From a virus (Duplodnaviria; Caudoviricetes): a stretch of DNA of 56,804 bases. The DNA lies in the IMG/VR virus record IMGVR_UViG_3300032240_000220, positions 1-56,804 of that record. The stretch is one strand, 5' to 3'. The notes under the pieces were generated by a model. The model saw nothing but the letters and a program-made list of their open reading frames with translations, did not search any database and was not told the origin of the DNA. The first letter of the stretch is position 1, and every line of letters begins with the position of its first letter. This document shows, one piece after another, positions 38,164 through 47,269 of this stretch. The translations under genes were made by a program, and so were the position numbers.

Positions 38164-38511
38164 TTACCAGTTAGATTGGCTTTTATTCTTTTGAGCGGTA
38201 GATACTCCGCAAGAACTAAGATTTATTTTTCCACCAGTTGTGTAATTTTTACTAACCGAGCCACCTTTTTTATACATGGTCGCGTTTGGTGGTGAGCCAC
38301 CACCACCACCCAAAGCACTTTGGGCTTGCCCAATAGCACTAGCAATCGTAGAGGCTCCAGTATTGACTTGACCAAGTCCGTCTTGGGCAGATCCACCACC
38401 ACCGCCTAAACCACCACCCGCAATTGGGCCTTTAGGCATTTGAGGGGTTGTATTTCCATCAGTAGGAACTATGTCGTTCATCATTCCTCCAAGTGTTGCC
38501 ATTGGTGTCAT
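38164..38511 (-). CDS. Gly-rich small protein with KKGG motifs (start revised to MTPMA)
   Basis: AAGGA RBS before ATG 38511; YKKGGSV and YTTGGKI. Confidence 0.6.
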   Translation of the reverse strand: MTPMATLGGMMNDIVPTDGNTTPQMPKGPIAGGGLGGGGGSAQDGLGQVNTGASTIASAIGQAQSALGGGGGSPPNATMYKKGGSVSKNYTTGGKINLSSCGVSTAQKNKSQSNW

Positions 38512-38521
38512 TTTTTTTCCT

Positions 38522-38776
38522 TTACCAGTTAGGACAATTCCAACGCTTGAGCGACGCTTTCGCTCTTGGTGCGTCACCCTTAGCATGTTCTACAACCCCA
38601 CTCATGCGCGCACAAAAGGAATCCTTGCGTGCTCCGCCTTGGGGTTGAGGTGCTTTTAAATTGCTTCCAGTTTCACGGTTGTATTTTGCCCGACCTTTGG
38701 CTGTTAATCCAGCACCTTTTTCAACGGACAACTTCTCACCGCGACCAACTGCAAGATTAACTTTTTTTTTGCTCAT
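38522..38776 (-). CDS. Small basic conserved phage protein
   Basis: GLTAKGRAKYN..TGSNLK, RKDSFCARMSG, WNC motifs. Confidence 0.75.
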   Translation of the reverse strand: MSKKKVNLAVGRGEKLSVEKGAGLTAKGRAKYNRETGSNLKAPQPQGGARKDSFCARMSGVVEHAKGDAPRAKASLKRWNCPNW

Positions 38777-39051
38777 TTCACTTTGGCGGTTTTTGCTGAC
38801 TGCTTAAAGTCTTGAGCCGTTGGAGCGCCTTTGCTACCAACTCGGCGCATCTTTTCGCCAGAGCCTTCAGCGATCCGCTCACGTTTTGCATTAATATTTT
38901 CATACAAGCCACCGCCTTTAAATTTCTTGCCCTCATCAGCCTTGGCAAACTCTTTACCAACCTTTTGAGGAATGCCAGTTTTTTTGGCAAACGCAGGGTT
39001 ATGTGCGACCGCCGCCATTAAACGATGTTGTGAAGGTGATTTGCTGGGCAT
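38773..39051 (-). CDS. Small basic conserved phage protein
   Basis: MPSKS..QHRLMAAVAHNPAFAKK plus GLYENINAKR..GSGEKMR, joined by FKGGG. Confidence 0.75.
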   Translation of the reverse strand: MPSKSPSQHRLMAAVAHNPAFAKKTGIPQKVGKEFAKADEGKKFKGGGLYENINAKRERIAEGSGEKMRRVGSKGAPTAQDFKQSAKTAKVK

Positions 39052-39053
39052 GA

Positions 39054-39335
39054 TTAGCCACAGAAAATTGTTACAGCCGCTCCAGAGGGCAGAGTGACGT
39101 GAACATCAGTGGTGAAACGGATCCCGTTGCCGGGGATGAGCGTGGCGATCACCGCTGTATTTACAGTAATGTTTACCCTCAACAAAACATTTCCACCAGA
39201 ACCACCATCACGAAACACAATCTCACCCGCAGTTCCACCAGAAGCAAGTTGATAGCCAGCAACATTTGTTGCTCCATTGTAAATAGTTCCAGTTGAATCA
39301 GCGTGCGCAGAAAATACATTAGTCAATGTTGACAT
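39054..39335 (-). CDS. Small beta-rich virion protein
   Basis: 93 aa, IPGNGIRF motif, GGAG RBS. Confidence 0.7.
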   Translation of the reverse strand: MSTLTNVFSAHADSTGTIYNGATNVAGYQLASGGTAGEIVFRDGGSGGNVLLRVNITVNTAVIATLIPGNGIRFTTDVHVTLPSGAAVTIFCG

Positions 39336-39348
39336 TTAAATCTCCAAT

Positions 39349-39374
39349 TAAAAGTGGGAGCCGAAGCCCCCACT
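39349..39374 (-). terminator. Rho-independent terminator
   Basis: AGUGGGGGC-UUCG-GCUCCCACU hairpin with a C(UUCG)G loop, followed by a short U tract. Confidence 0.75.
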
Positions 39375-39379
39375 CAGGT

Positions 39380-40408
39380 TTAGCACTTTACAGAACCACC
39401 ATACTTTTTAGCTTTTTCACTTGTAATTACAGTTGTCTTTTTAACATCTGAGGGTTTACCAGTAATATAGTTTTTAGCCTTGGTGTAAGCCTCTTTTACC
39501 ATGCTTATGGGATTTAACGCCTCCTCAAGATCACGGCTAGCTTTGTCAGTAATTACCTTTGGGTCAACGCTATTGCTAACAATGTCCTTCGCGTAAGTAC
39601 TGTCTCCGCCTTCTGCCATTTTCTTGACTCGACCACCCTTCTTAAAAGTACCAGACAGTGCAGAAATGCTCACAGGGGGGGAAGGTTTCTTACGGCCTTG
39701 TGGCATTGACTGCGCACCACCGTCATCCTGCACTACCGCACCACCCCTAGCATACTTTTTTGCAGAGCCGCCCTTTTTAAAGCCACCTGCATTACCAAGT
39801 TTGACGCCACCAGTAGTCGTGTTAGTCACGCCAGCAGGAGTACCGCTCACGTTACCGTTAACACCACCACCCTTGACGCCACCACCAGCTTTGTAACCAG
39901 CAGGCTTGTTCAAGCCCACTTGACCAGTTTTACCTGATGTTTTGGTGTTACGTTCGGCTGTATCTATTTTGGATTTACCCGAAGTAGATTTGATAATGCC
40001 ACTAGAAGCTAATGCTAGACCGCCTTTTTTAAAGCCGCCTTGAGCCATTACAACACCGCCAGTTGCAAACTTCTTACCAGCCATTGCCTTCTTGATCATT
40101 GCACGATCCTCTGCCGCATCTTCATGCTTCATTGAACCGCCTTTTTTCATTGCAGGCATAGCTGGGGCAGGCATTGGCATAGCAGGCTTGCTTGCCATCA
40201 TAGCTTTGCGACGCATTGCCATTGAAGGCTTTGCGGGGCTAGCAGTGGGCATCATGCCTCCGCGAGCGGGCATTGTGGACGCCATGCCTGCCTGCATGGG
40301 CATATACCCACCGTCAGCCATCTTGCTCACTTTGCCACCTTTTTTGAGCTTCAGTTCTACTGTAGGCTCTGTGGTCATCATTTTGACCATTGGCTTGAAT
40401 TGACCCAT
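39380..40408 (-). CDS. Basic low-complexity protein with about 12 KKGG/AxGG motifs (possible DNA-condensing/internal capsid protein)
   Basis: 342 aa, K/G/M/A-rich, AGGAG RBS. Confidence 0.75.
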   Translation of the reverse strand: MGQFKPMVKMMTTEPTVELKLKKGGKVSKMADGGYMPMQAGMASTMPARGGMMPTASPAKPSMAMRRKAMMASKPAMPMPAPAMPAMKKGGSMKHEDAAEDRAMIKKAMAGKKFATGGVVMAQGGFKKGGLALASSGIIKSTSGKSKIDTAERNTKTSGKTGQVGLNKPAGYKAGGGVKGGGVNGNVSGTPAGVTNTTTGGVKLGNAGGFKKGGSAKKYARGGAVVQDDGGAQSMPQGRKKPSPPVSISALSGTFKKGGRVKKMAEGGDSTYAKDIVSNSVDPKVITDKASRDLEEALNPISMVKEAYTKAKNYITGKPSDVKKTTVITSEKAKKYGGSVKC

Positions 40409-40418
40409 GTGCTACTCC

Positions 40419-40868
40419 TTAGACTTTCTGGGCGTAAACCACTGTCAAGCGGAAAACACCTTGGGTTGTAAGAATAGTACCGTTGGGGTCAACAGTGATG
40501 TACACAGACTGGTTAGTTGTGATGTCTGCCATCGCCGCGGTTTGAGCCGCGGTGGGAGCAAATGTCAAACGACCACCAGCAATTCCATCAGTAGAGGACA
40601 TATATTGCGTACCCGCGGCGGCAGTGCCAACCGTAGTAGCAATAGACGTAGCGGTTCCTGCGCCTGCTGAAGCCACAGTTGTACCGTCGACTTTGATGTC
40701 GATGATCTGTGAGCTTGCTGGAAGGTATACAGAACTGCTTGTAGCAGTACCTGCGGAAGCAGTAGTAACGGTAGTGGTCTGAGAAACAACAACGTATCCA
40801 CCATCGGTGGAATCGGTTAATGTATCAGAGCCAGTACGTAGGGTGGAACCAATGTAGGTTTGTGCCAT
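40419..40868 (-). CDS. Putative capsid decoration/minor virion protein
   Basis: 149 aa, T-rich, LPASSQIIDI; directly downstream of the MCP. Confidence 0.6.
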   Translation of the reverse strand: MAQTYIGSTLRTGSDTLTDSTDGGYVVVSQTTTVTTASAGTATSSSVYLPASSQIIDIKVDGTTVASAGAGTATSIATTVGTAAAGTQYMSSTDGIAGGRLTFAPTAAQTAAMADITTNQSVYITVDPNGTILTTQGVFRLTVVYAQKV

Positions 40869-40919
40869 AGTCTTTTCTCCTTGTTGGAGCAGGGGGCAAG
40901 CCCCCCGCCATTGTGGTGA

Positions 40920-41834
40920 TTAGACGCCGGGCGTGCCGTACATTGCACGAGGATCAGTGAAGCCCACTTGGTAACGCTCTGTCGCTTTGTAGCGCATAGA
41001 GTCAGTTTCAAAGTCGCCTTCCATGGTCTTCTCGAGCTTACGACGCATCAAGAGCTTCATGCCCTCTGGAGCATCGGTCTGTACCCACCATGCGTTTGCG
41101 TTTGTCAAACGAGACAACACAGCCGCGCCTTCGTCCAGCAAACCAATCGATTTGATTGGATTGATGTCGTTGTTGGCGTTGCCAGCACGGAGAACAGACT
41201 TCAAGAGCACTTCGGCTTGGAAGACGTTGCCGGGTGCCACAACCAATTGGCGTGGAACCAAACGAATCTTCTTACCGTTGTTGTCCACAGCCTGACGGAT
41301 TTGGATCAACATCTGCTCGAGAGAAGTCTGAGACAGGTTAGCGGCGGTGCTCAGCAAGTTGCTGAATGTGCCGTTCACGATTGGGTGAGAAGCGCTGTTC
41401 AATTGCACGCCGTCACCGCCGGGGTACGCGCTGTTAAACGCGCGGTTCAACACGTTAGCCGACAAAGTTTCCTTTGTTTCGATCAACGACTGAGCCAAGT
41501 GACGTGCATACACCTGACCAATACGGATGTGGTCACCGTCTTCAACCAAAACTTTGGTCAAAGCAAATGCCAAACCAAATACTTGGTAGACGTAGCGTTG
41601 CAAGAACAGAACACCACCTTGTTGGTAGCTCACAGGTGTGCCATCAGGCAACTGTGGAGCCGCGCCGAAACCGTACAAGACGGGTTCTTCGTGGTAGTTA
41701 CGTGGAATACCTTCTTGCTCACGGAATACCCGTGACCATTCATCGGTACGTTGGTCATAGACTCCGTCAAAACATTCGTTGAGAATTGGTTCAACGATGG
41801 AACGGAAGTCCGTACTGCGCATTGGAGCGGCCAT
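40920..41834 (-). CDS. Major capsid protein (Mu gpT-like)
   Basis: 304 aa, FGAAP...G, LSQTSLEQ, PRQLVV.P, YKATERY..G..DPR; strong AGGAGG RBS and biased codons. Confidence 0.88.
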   Translation of the reverse strand: MAAPMRSTDFRSIVEPILNECFDGVYDQRTDEWSRVFREQEGIPRNYHEEPVLYGFGAAPQLPDGTPVSYQQGGVLFLQRYVYQVFGLAFALTKVLVEDGDHIRIGQVYARHLAQSLIETKETLSANVLNRAFNSAYPGGDGVQLNSASHPIVNGTFSNLLSTAANLSQTSLEQMLIQIRQAVDNNGKKIRLVPRQLVVAPGNVFQAEVLLKSVLRAGNANNDINPIKSIGLLDEGAAVLSRLTNANAWWVQTDAPEGMKLLMRRKLEKTMEGDFETDSMRYKATERYQVGFTDPRAMYGTPGV

Positions 41835-41847
41835 GGTTCACTCCTCC

Positions 41848-42450
41848 TTATATAGCTGTACCAGCAGTACCAGCGAACTGGAACTTGGCAATAGTTGCAC
41901 GAACGATGACATAGTCATCACCCCAAGCGTTATCAGCATAGGGAGCGAGGTTAACAATCCGCATCTGAGCACTGCTACCAGAACCTACGAGCGAATTAGA
42001 TAAAGTTGCTTGTGACAAACCAGTGGTGGTAGAACCAGCAGTGGTGTTGCTCAAGTCAGCTTCGTCGCCAACAGAGGTTTGGGCAATAGTGCCGTCAGTT
42101 TGAATTTCGTAAACAATGTTAGGGTCAGAGTAGAAATAAGTTACAACTGAACCAACTTGGAACGACTCGTTGGCGGGCCAGTAATTGCTGACGCGACGAC
42201 GACCAGTGCTGTCAGTCCATTCGACGCCACTGAAGGCTCCGAGGAATGCATCACCAGCGGCGGCGACAACAATGTAACCTCCAGTGTTTTGCTTGACGGG
42301 CTGACCCTTCAAGATGGTTGTTGCATAACCAGCGGAGACGTTTCCGCTAGTTGACACAGCTTGAATACCGTTGGCGAGCGCCGTAGCGCGATCCAGACCT
42401 GATGGGTGGAAAGCAGGACGCAAACCGAACGGAGCGTTTGTTGAAGACAT
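41848..42450 (-). CDS. Capsid cement/decoration protein
   Basis: NAPFGLRP...GQPV...FSGVEW...DPNIVYEIQ; immediately upstream of the MCP. Confidence 0.65.
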   Translation of the reverse strand: MSSTNAPFGLRPAFHPSGLDRATALANGIQAVSTSGNVSAGYATTILKGQPVKQNTGGYIVVAAAGDAFLGAFSGVEWTDSTGRRRVSNYWPANESFQVGSVVTYFYSDPNIVYEIQTDGTIAQTSVGDEADLSNTTAGSTTTGLSQATLSNSLVGSGSSAQMRIVNLAPYADNAWGDDYVIVRATIAKFQFAGTAGTAI

Positions 42451-42474
42451 AGTCTTACTCCTATTTGGTTGCCT

Positions 42475-43026
42475 CTAGCCCTGAAAAACAGGAGCTTTGG
42501 ATGAGGCGTTTTGGTCAAAATTGCCAAACCCATCTCCTTCAACCTGCGTCAGACTTCTGCCTGAGCTATCGCGTTGACCTTGCATTTGTTCGACTTGGAG
42601 CTTGATTTTGTCAGCCTCTTCCATCGGCAATTCATGGTGCATGTGCAACATAAGGTCTTGGTAAATTTCCATAGGAATTTTGCACAAGAGCATTTCGTTA
42701 CACGCAATAAAACCAACGTGCTCGCCAGCCTTTACGCGGTAGTTGTCGAAACCGGGGAACTCTTCAGACTTAACTGGAACGTACCCAATCCGAAACCGCT
42801 TATCGATGCTGTCATAACTGTTAGTGGTTGATAACCAGATGAGATGCCACCCTTCTAACTCGGGTGTCTTTGGCAGTGCGCTTTGTGTCCACTCATCACT
42901 CCACATCTTGCGACGTTCCTGTGCTGACATGAACTTCCCTTCGGGGGCAGACCTTGATGCGTCCTCACTTGCGCGAGTTTCGCGTCCACCAGCGGAGAGA
43001 GATTTTTTGAGACGAGATTCTGTCAT
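42475..43026 (-). CDS. Conserved head-module protein of unknown function
   Basis: LP..P...GWHLIW...GYVPVK...LLCKIP pattern. Confidence 0.7.
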   Translation of the reverse strand: MTESRLKKSLSAGGRETRASEDASRSAPEGKFMSAQERRKMWSDEWTQSALPKTPELEGWHLIWLSTTNSYDSIDKRFRIGYVPVKSEEFPGFDNYRVKAGEHVGFIACNEMLLCKIPMEIYQDLMLHMHHELPMEEADKIKLQVEQMQGQRDSSGRSLTQVEGDGFGNFDQNASSKAPVFQG

Positions 43027-43035
43027 GTTTAGTCC

Positions 43036-43992
43036 TTAGTAGTTGTTGTTACGTGCTTCAATTGCATAACGCTTGATCATCTTTGCGCGCTTTTCTTTGT
43101 CATCCCAAAAGCCTGCGTCCTTCATAGCTCTCACTTGTTCTGGTTTCAGAATAAATGAATTTCTTGAGCCATTGCCAGAAAAATTTTCGCGTCCTGAGCT
43201 AGTTACAACACTCCTTGGTCTTGCACGAGTAGGTCTCTCGTCGGTGTCGTCAGTATACCTATGTGGAAGGCGCTTTTGCAAGCGTTTATCCAACTCTTCC
43301 CAATATTCTGATTGATTGGGGTTCCAACCTTCTTTCACCAACTTTTGATCGATGATCTTGGCTATCTCGCTATCCTCGTCATCACCCTGTGGGTCATACC
43401 AAGAATTTCGCTCCATCCAACGTCCAGCTTGGCGTTGTAATTCACGGTTGTCTTCTGGTGAAGCTGAAGTGTGCTTAACAGCAGACTCCTTCATGCCCTT
43501 GAGGCTTTCAACCTGTCTGCGGGTGTCGTACCACATCTCTTGCGCTTTGGCAAAAGCGTCTCCGTCACCAGCAGAAGTTGCCTCAGACATCTTCATGCGG
43601 GCATATTGCAGGCGCAGTTCCTGATCCTCGATGGCTTTGTCCATGCGGGCTAAGTCTGCGCTGTTGGTCTTGCGTTCCACAACCGAGAGGCGTTCTTGCA
43701 ACTCTTGGTTCTGGCGCAGTAGGTTTTGCATACGAACGTCTTTTTCGGCGTTGGTCTGCTTGATGTATTCTTTCTTAGCCTTACGGCGCGAGCGACGAGC
43801 GGCTCGGATGGCTTCAGTGTCGTCAGGATGATCGTCGTCTCCGCCATCATCTCCTGCGGCACCACCTTCGGCACGCTGTTCGTCTTCACCCTCGTCGTCT
43901 TGGGCTAAGTGATCTGGAAGTTCTACAACGGCTCCGCCGTCCTTCTCTTCCATGACTTTAATGTCGTCTGACTCTTTGATTTCTGTACTCAT
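43036..43992 (-). CDS. Capsid scaffolding protein
   Basis: Acidic N-terminus, coiled coil, W.ERNSWY, EYWEELDKRL; between portal and MCP. Confidence 0.7.
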   Translation of the reverse strand: MSTEIKESDDIKVMEEKDGGAVVELPDHLAQDDEGEDEQRAEGGAAGDDGGDDDHPDDTEAIRAARRSRRKAKKEYIKQTNAEKDVRMQNLLRQNQELQERLSVVERKTNSADLARMDKAIEDQELRLQYARMKMSEATSAGDGDAFAKAQEMWYDTRRQVESLKGMKESAVKHTSASPEDNRELQRQAGRWMERNSWYDPQGDDEDSEIAKIIDQKLVKEGWNPNQSEYWEELDKRLQKRLPHRYTDDTDERPTRARPRSVVTSSGRENFSGNGSRNSFILKPEQVRAMKDAGFWDDKEKRAKMIKRYAIEARNNNY

Positions 43993-44423
43993 ATAAAAGC
44001 TTTCATTGCTAGGGGGTCACCAGTTAATTTGGCAATGACTTCGTGGTCGTTAAGCACCATGAAAAGTGCTGGATCCTCTAAGTCATCTTCGTTTGGGACT
44101 TTTACTTCCCAACGATCTCCGCCCCATTTAGGGACTCGGATATAGTCACCAATATCAACCCATGTGCCTTCGGGCCATGGTTGCATGGTGTCACGGTGCT
44201 TGAACGCAATCGGCCCTATCGCCAATACTTTTGCAACCATGTTTTGCCATTTCTCGGTTTCCTTGGTCTCATTGATCAAGATAATCCCTGCGCTTGTTGC
44301 CTTCTTCTGTGTTCGACGGAGTTGAACCAAGATTCTTCCGCCAAGAGGTAGTGCGCCGGGGTCAACGCTCGGGAATGCCCAAGCTAATTCAGCGTCGTTA
44401 GACGCTACGGTGCTATCACTCAT
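43989..44423 (-). CDS. groES: Co-chaperonin GroES-like protein
   Basis: PLGGRILV...SAGIIL...AKVLAIGP...GD.I...K.GG...LND.EVIA. Confidence 0.85.
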   Translation of the reverse strand: MSDSTVASNDAELAWAFPSVDPGALPLGGRILVQLRRTQKKATSAGIILINETKETEKWQNMVAKVLAIGPIAFKHRDTMQPWPEGTWVDIGDYIRVPKWGGDRWEVKVPNEDDLEDPALFMVLNDHEVIAKLTGDPLAMKAFI

Positions 44424-44601
44424 CTTTGTCTTCTTCCTTTAAGAAATTATTTATGATGTCCAAAGTTTCTTGTAAACCTTGGTGATGTCCAACCAGTCGC
44501 TGGTAAGCCTCCCACGTAACCGCGTTACCACGCGATAGGGAAAAACTGATTTCAGTTTGTGAGGCTTTGATTGCGCCGATTAAGTCTCCTATGCTTCTCA
44601 T
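44416..44601 (-). CDS. Small conserved head-module protein
   Basis: 61 aa, Y..LVG...GL motif; between portal and GroES. Confidence 0.7.
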   Translation of the reverse strand: MRSIGDLIGAIKASQTEISFSLSRGNAVTWEAYQRLVGHHQGLQETLDIINNFLKEEDKDE

Positions 44602-44750
44602 TATTTTTTCTTCGCGTTAGCCAGTCCTCCTTGTTTTGGGGCGTTTCCACCCTTTGGTTGCATAGATGTACCGTCAAGCTTCTCACCCATGGCGATGCGC
44701 TTGTGTTGTGGTACGTTGATACCTTTTTGCTCTTGATCACTGGTAGCCAT
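44601..44750 (-). CDS. Small protein, 49 aa (not in ORF track)
   Basis: Hand-translated MATSDQEQKGINVPQHKRIAMGEKLDGTSMQPKGGNAPKQGGLANAKKK; AAGGA RBS; TAATG coupling. Confidence 0.65.
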   Translation of the reverse strand: MATSDQEQKGINVPQHKRIAMGEKLDGTSMQPKGGNAPKQGGLANAKKK

Positions 44751-47256
44751 TTTGATTTCCTTGGTTCAGGGTGGTTAATGCAGAATTTCTCTGCTCAATT
44801 TGCATCTTGGCTTTGTCGCGGGTGAGGCGAGCCGCTTCGATGCGCTCTTTAGTCTCGTTATCACCTTCAGCGATAGCGAGCTTGAGTTGGTTGTCTTCCG
44901 CGGCAATAGCCATCTCGTCTTGATGCTTTTGCTGGGCAAGTTGTACGTCTGCTTGGTCGCGCTTGGCTCGGCGCTCTGTCTCTGCCATGCTTGTTTGCTG
45001 AAGAACCATTGCCTCTGGCGTCATTGGAGGCTTAGGCGCGTACTGTTGCATTTGTTGCATCATCTGTTGGATCACAGGCATGATTCCGCTAAAGACTTGC
45101 TCAGTATCCAAGTTCACATGGCGTGAAGCCAAGGCAAACAACTGGTCAATCTGCTCAGTCTTCTCAGAGTCGTCGTAATCCTTCACAGGGTGTCCAACAG
45201 ACTTGGTGACGTATCCATTCATGCGGTTCAAGTACCACAGCGTTAAGTGCTGTTTAACGTGCTCCATGGCATGTGGAATGAATGCTGGCGCAATCAATGG
45301 GTTGCCACCCAAGATTGGATCTTTGGCAAAGTCCAAATGAGACTGGATGTGAGCCAAGTGGTCTTGCTCGATGTACGCAAACGCCGCCTGCCCAATCGCC
45401 ATAGCCACGTTCTCGTTGGCTGGGTCGCGCTTCTCTGGGTCTGGTACATCCTTTAATAATTCATTTATGGATGGAACCTTCAACTGCTTGAGCAGACGCT
45501 CTTCCACAGCTTTGACGTTGTACAACTCTGGGTGCTTGTCAGCGCGAGACACGACTGCCTGAATCTGCGCCATGCGCTGGGTTTCAGAGAAGATGTGTGG
45601 GTCAGAGACTGGGACAACGTCGGTGTTGCGCATGAAGTCTTCGCGCTTGACCTCAAGGTCAGCAACAACGTCACCACGCTTTTGTTCGTCCAAGTACCAG
45701 CGGTTGAGGCGTGACAAGACCTTCAGGACACGGCTCTGGGACTCGTGGAGGCGGGCGTGGATGGCGGAGAACACAGCCGCTCCCTGCTCAATCAGCGCCT
45801 GTGTGGTGCCTACAGGAGCGTTGGCGTTGATGTCAGCAATCTTCTCCTCAGCGGTGGTGACCACACCTTTGGCTGACGTCTCCAAGAAGCCCATGAGCTT
45901 GAACAAGACCTCGCTAGGAGGGTTGAAGGGCATGGGCATGGCGATCTTGCGGATGTCATCGACGCCCGGCGCGCCCTCAATCTCCGCTATCTGCGTTACT
46001 TCGACCTGCTGGGATTGTCCCGAGATGCGCGCTCCTTTGAGCTTGAGCATTGTCGCGGCGTTATTGATGTGAGCCGAATCAAGCAAAGCACGAAGAGACC
46101 CAGTAAGAGCGGCGCTGAGACCACCGATAAGATGAGGTAAACCAATTGCATAAGCACCCCTCCAAGGAATGAACTTGAACTCGATAATGTGATCGAGCTT
46201 GGTCATCGTGTCGTCGCCCTCTTCCCAGTTACGGTAGAGACCAACCACAGTGTTGTCCATCTCGTCGACCATCAAGATGTATGGAGCCATTTCTCCGCCA
46301 GTTCTGCGGTCGTCCTCTAACTCCATGTATGTGTAGATGTGATAGACGCGACGGATACCGTCCTCGCTGTCTTCAAACTTCTTACCCTCAATCTTGTTAG
46401 ACGCCTTCTCTGGGCCTGTCGGATCGGGTTCCATGGTTGCACGAACATAGTTCGTGTCACGGTACAGACCTGAACGCACGCGGTTCTGATACTCCCAGTC
46501 TGATATGTCCATCACCTCTGTCACGCGCTGAGCGGTGTAAAAGTTGGCAGACGCAAAGGGGAGGAGGATGTTGTCAATCGGGACAAACTCAGCGCATGGG
46601 CGTCTCTTCTTCTCGTCGTAGTAGAGCTTTAGGAACTGTGAGCCACCCAGAGGTAGCTGGGTCAGCATCTGCTCTTGCTCGTCGCGGAATTCCTCGATCT
46701 GCTCGGTCAATTGCCAGTTCATGTAGTCACGCTTGCGCTCAGCGACGGCAGTCTTCTCTTCGTCTACGTCACCCAAAATCTTGGTGCGGGTTGGGCCATC
46801 AGGTGGAAACAATTCCTTGATAGCACGAGCGGCAAAGTCAACGCAGGCTTCAGCCATGACAGGGTGGACAACTTTGCTAGCGCCGTTGAAGTTCGCTCCG
46901 CCGGGGGCGTCATTCCCCATGCCTGTGCGTCTGATTCCATCCTCGTACTGCTTGTCACGCTCCTTGCGCGCATCCTTGTCCTTCTCCGCTAGACCGATGT
47001 AGCGCAGGGCGATAGAGTCCAAGTCATAGGATGAGATGTCATCGCTGTCCGCCAAATTGGCGTAGAAGTCTTCATCCTCGGAGGGGCCTTTGTAGTCCTC
47101 CATCGTGACAACAGCCGAGCCGTCAGGAAGCTCCTCGATCTCTGAGTCATCAAGGTTGATGTCGACAGCAACGCTACCGTCTTCTTGTTCTTGCATCCCT
47201 GAAATACCTTCGATATTGCGGTCGAATTCGGGATCAATGGGCATTTCTGTAGCCAT
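44737..47256 (-). CDS. Portal protein (P22-like)
   Basis: 839 aa, GASKVVHP..AEACVDFAARA..ELFP..GP, NAPVGTT.AL.EQG, C-terminal coiled-coil barrel. Confidence 0.88.
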   Translation of the reverse strand: MATEMPIDPEFDRNIEGISGMQEQEDGSVAVDINLDDSEIEELPDGSAVVTMEDYKGPSEDEDFYANLADSDDISSYDLDSIALRYIGLAEKDKDARKERDKQYEDGIRRTGMGNDAPGGANFNGASKVVHPVMAEACVDFAARAIKELFPPDGPTRTKILGDVDEEKTAVAERKRDYMNWQLTEQIEEFRDEQEQMLTQLPLGGSQFLKLYYDEKKRRPCAEFVPIDNILLPFASANFYTAQRVTEVMDISDWEYQNRVRSGLYRDTNYVRATMEPDPTGPEKASNKIEGKKFEDSEDGIRRVYHIYTYMELEDDRRTGGEMAPYILMVDEMDNTVVGLYRNWEEGDDTMTKLDHIIEFKFIPWRGAYAIGLPHLIGGLSAALTGSLRALLDSAHINNAATMLKLKGARISGQSQQVEVTQIAEIEGAPGVDDIRKIAMPMPFNPPSEVLFKLMGFLETSAKGVVTTAEEKIADINANAPVGTTQALIEQGAAVFSAIHARLHESQSRVLKVLSRLNRWYLDEQKRGDVVADLEVKREDFMRNTDVVPVSDPHIFSETQRMAQIQAVVSRADKHPELYNVKAVEERLLKQLKVPSINELLKDVPDPEKRDPANENVAMAIGQAAFAYIEQDHLAHIQSHLDFAKDPILGGNPLIAPAFIPHAMEHVKQHLTLWYLNRMNGYVTKSVGHPVKDYDDSEKTEQIDQLFALASRHVNLDTEQVFSGIMPVIQQMMQQMQQYAPKPPMTPEAMVLQQTSMAETERRAKRDQADVQLAQQKHQDEMAIAAEDNQLKLAIAEGDNETKERIEAARLTRDKAKMQIEQRNSALTTLNQGNQNGYQ

Positions 47257-47269
47257 GTTTTAGCCTTCT

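Noticed and set aside
40889-40908. Terminator after the MCP
   Set aside because: A GC hairpin is present but has no U-tract; may be a stabilising or processing stem
40968-41735. 255-aa plus-strand ORF
   Set aside because: Antisense to the major capsid gene and explained by its codon bias; no RBS or motifs
44552-44740. 62-aa ORF from the track
   Set aside because: The 44601-44750 frame has a better RBS and clean coupling, so it is preferred
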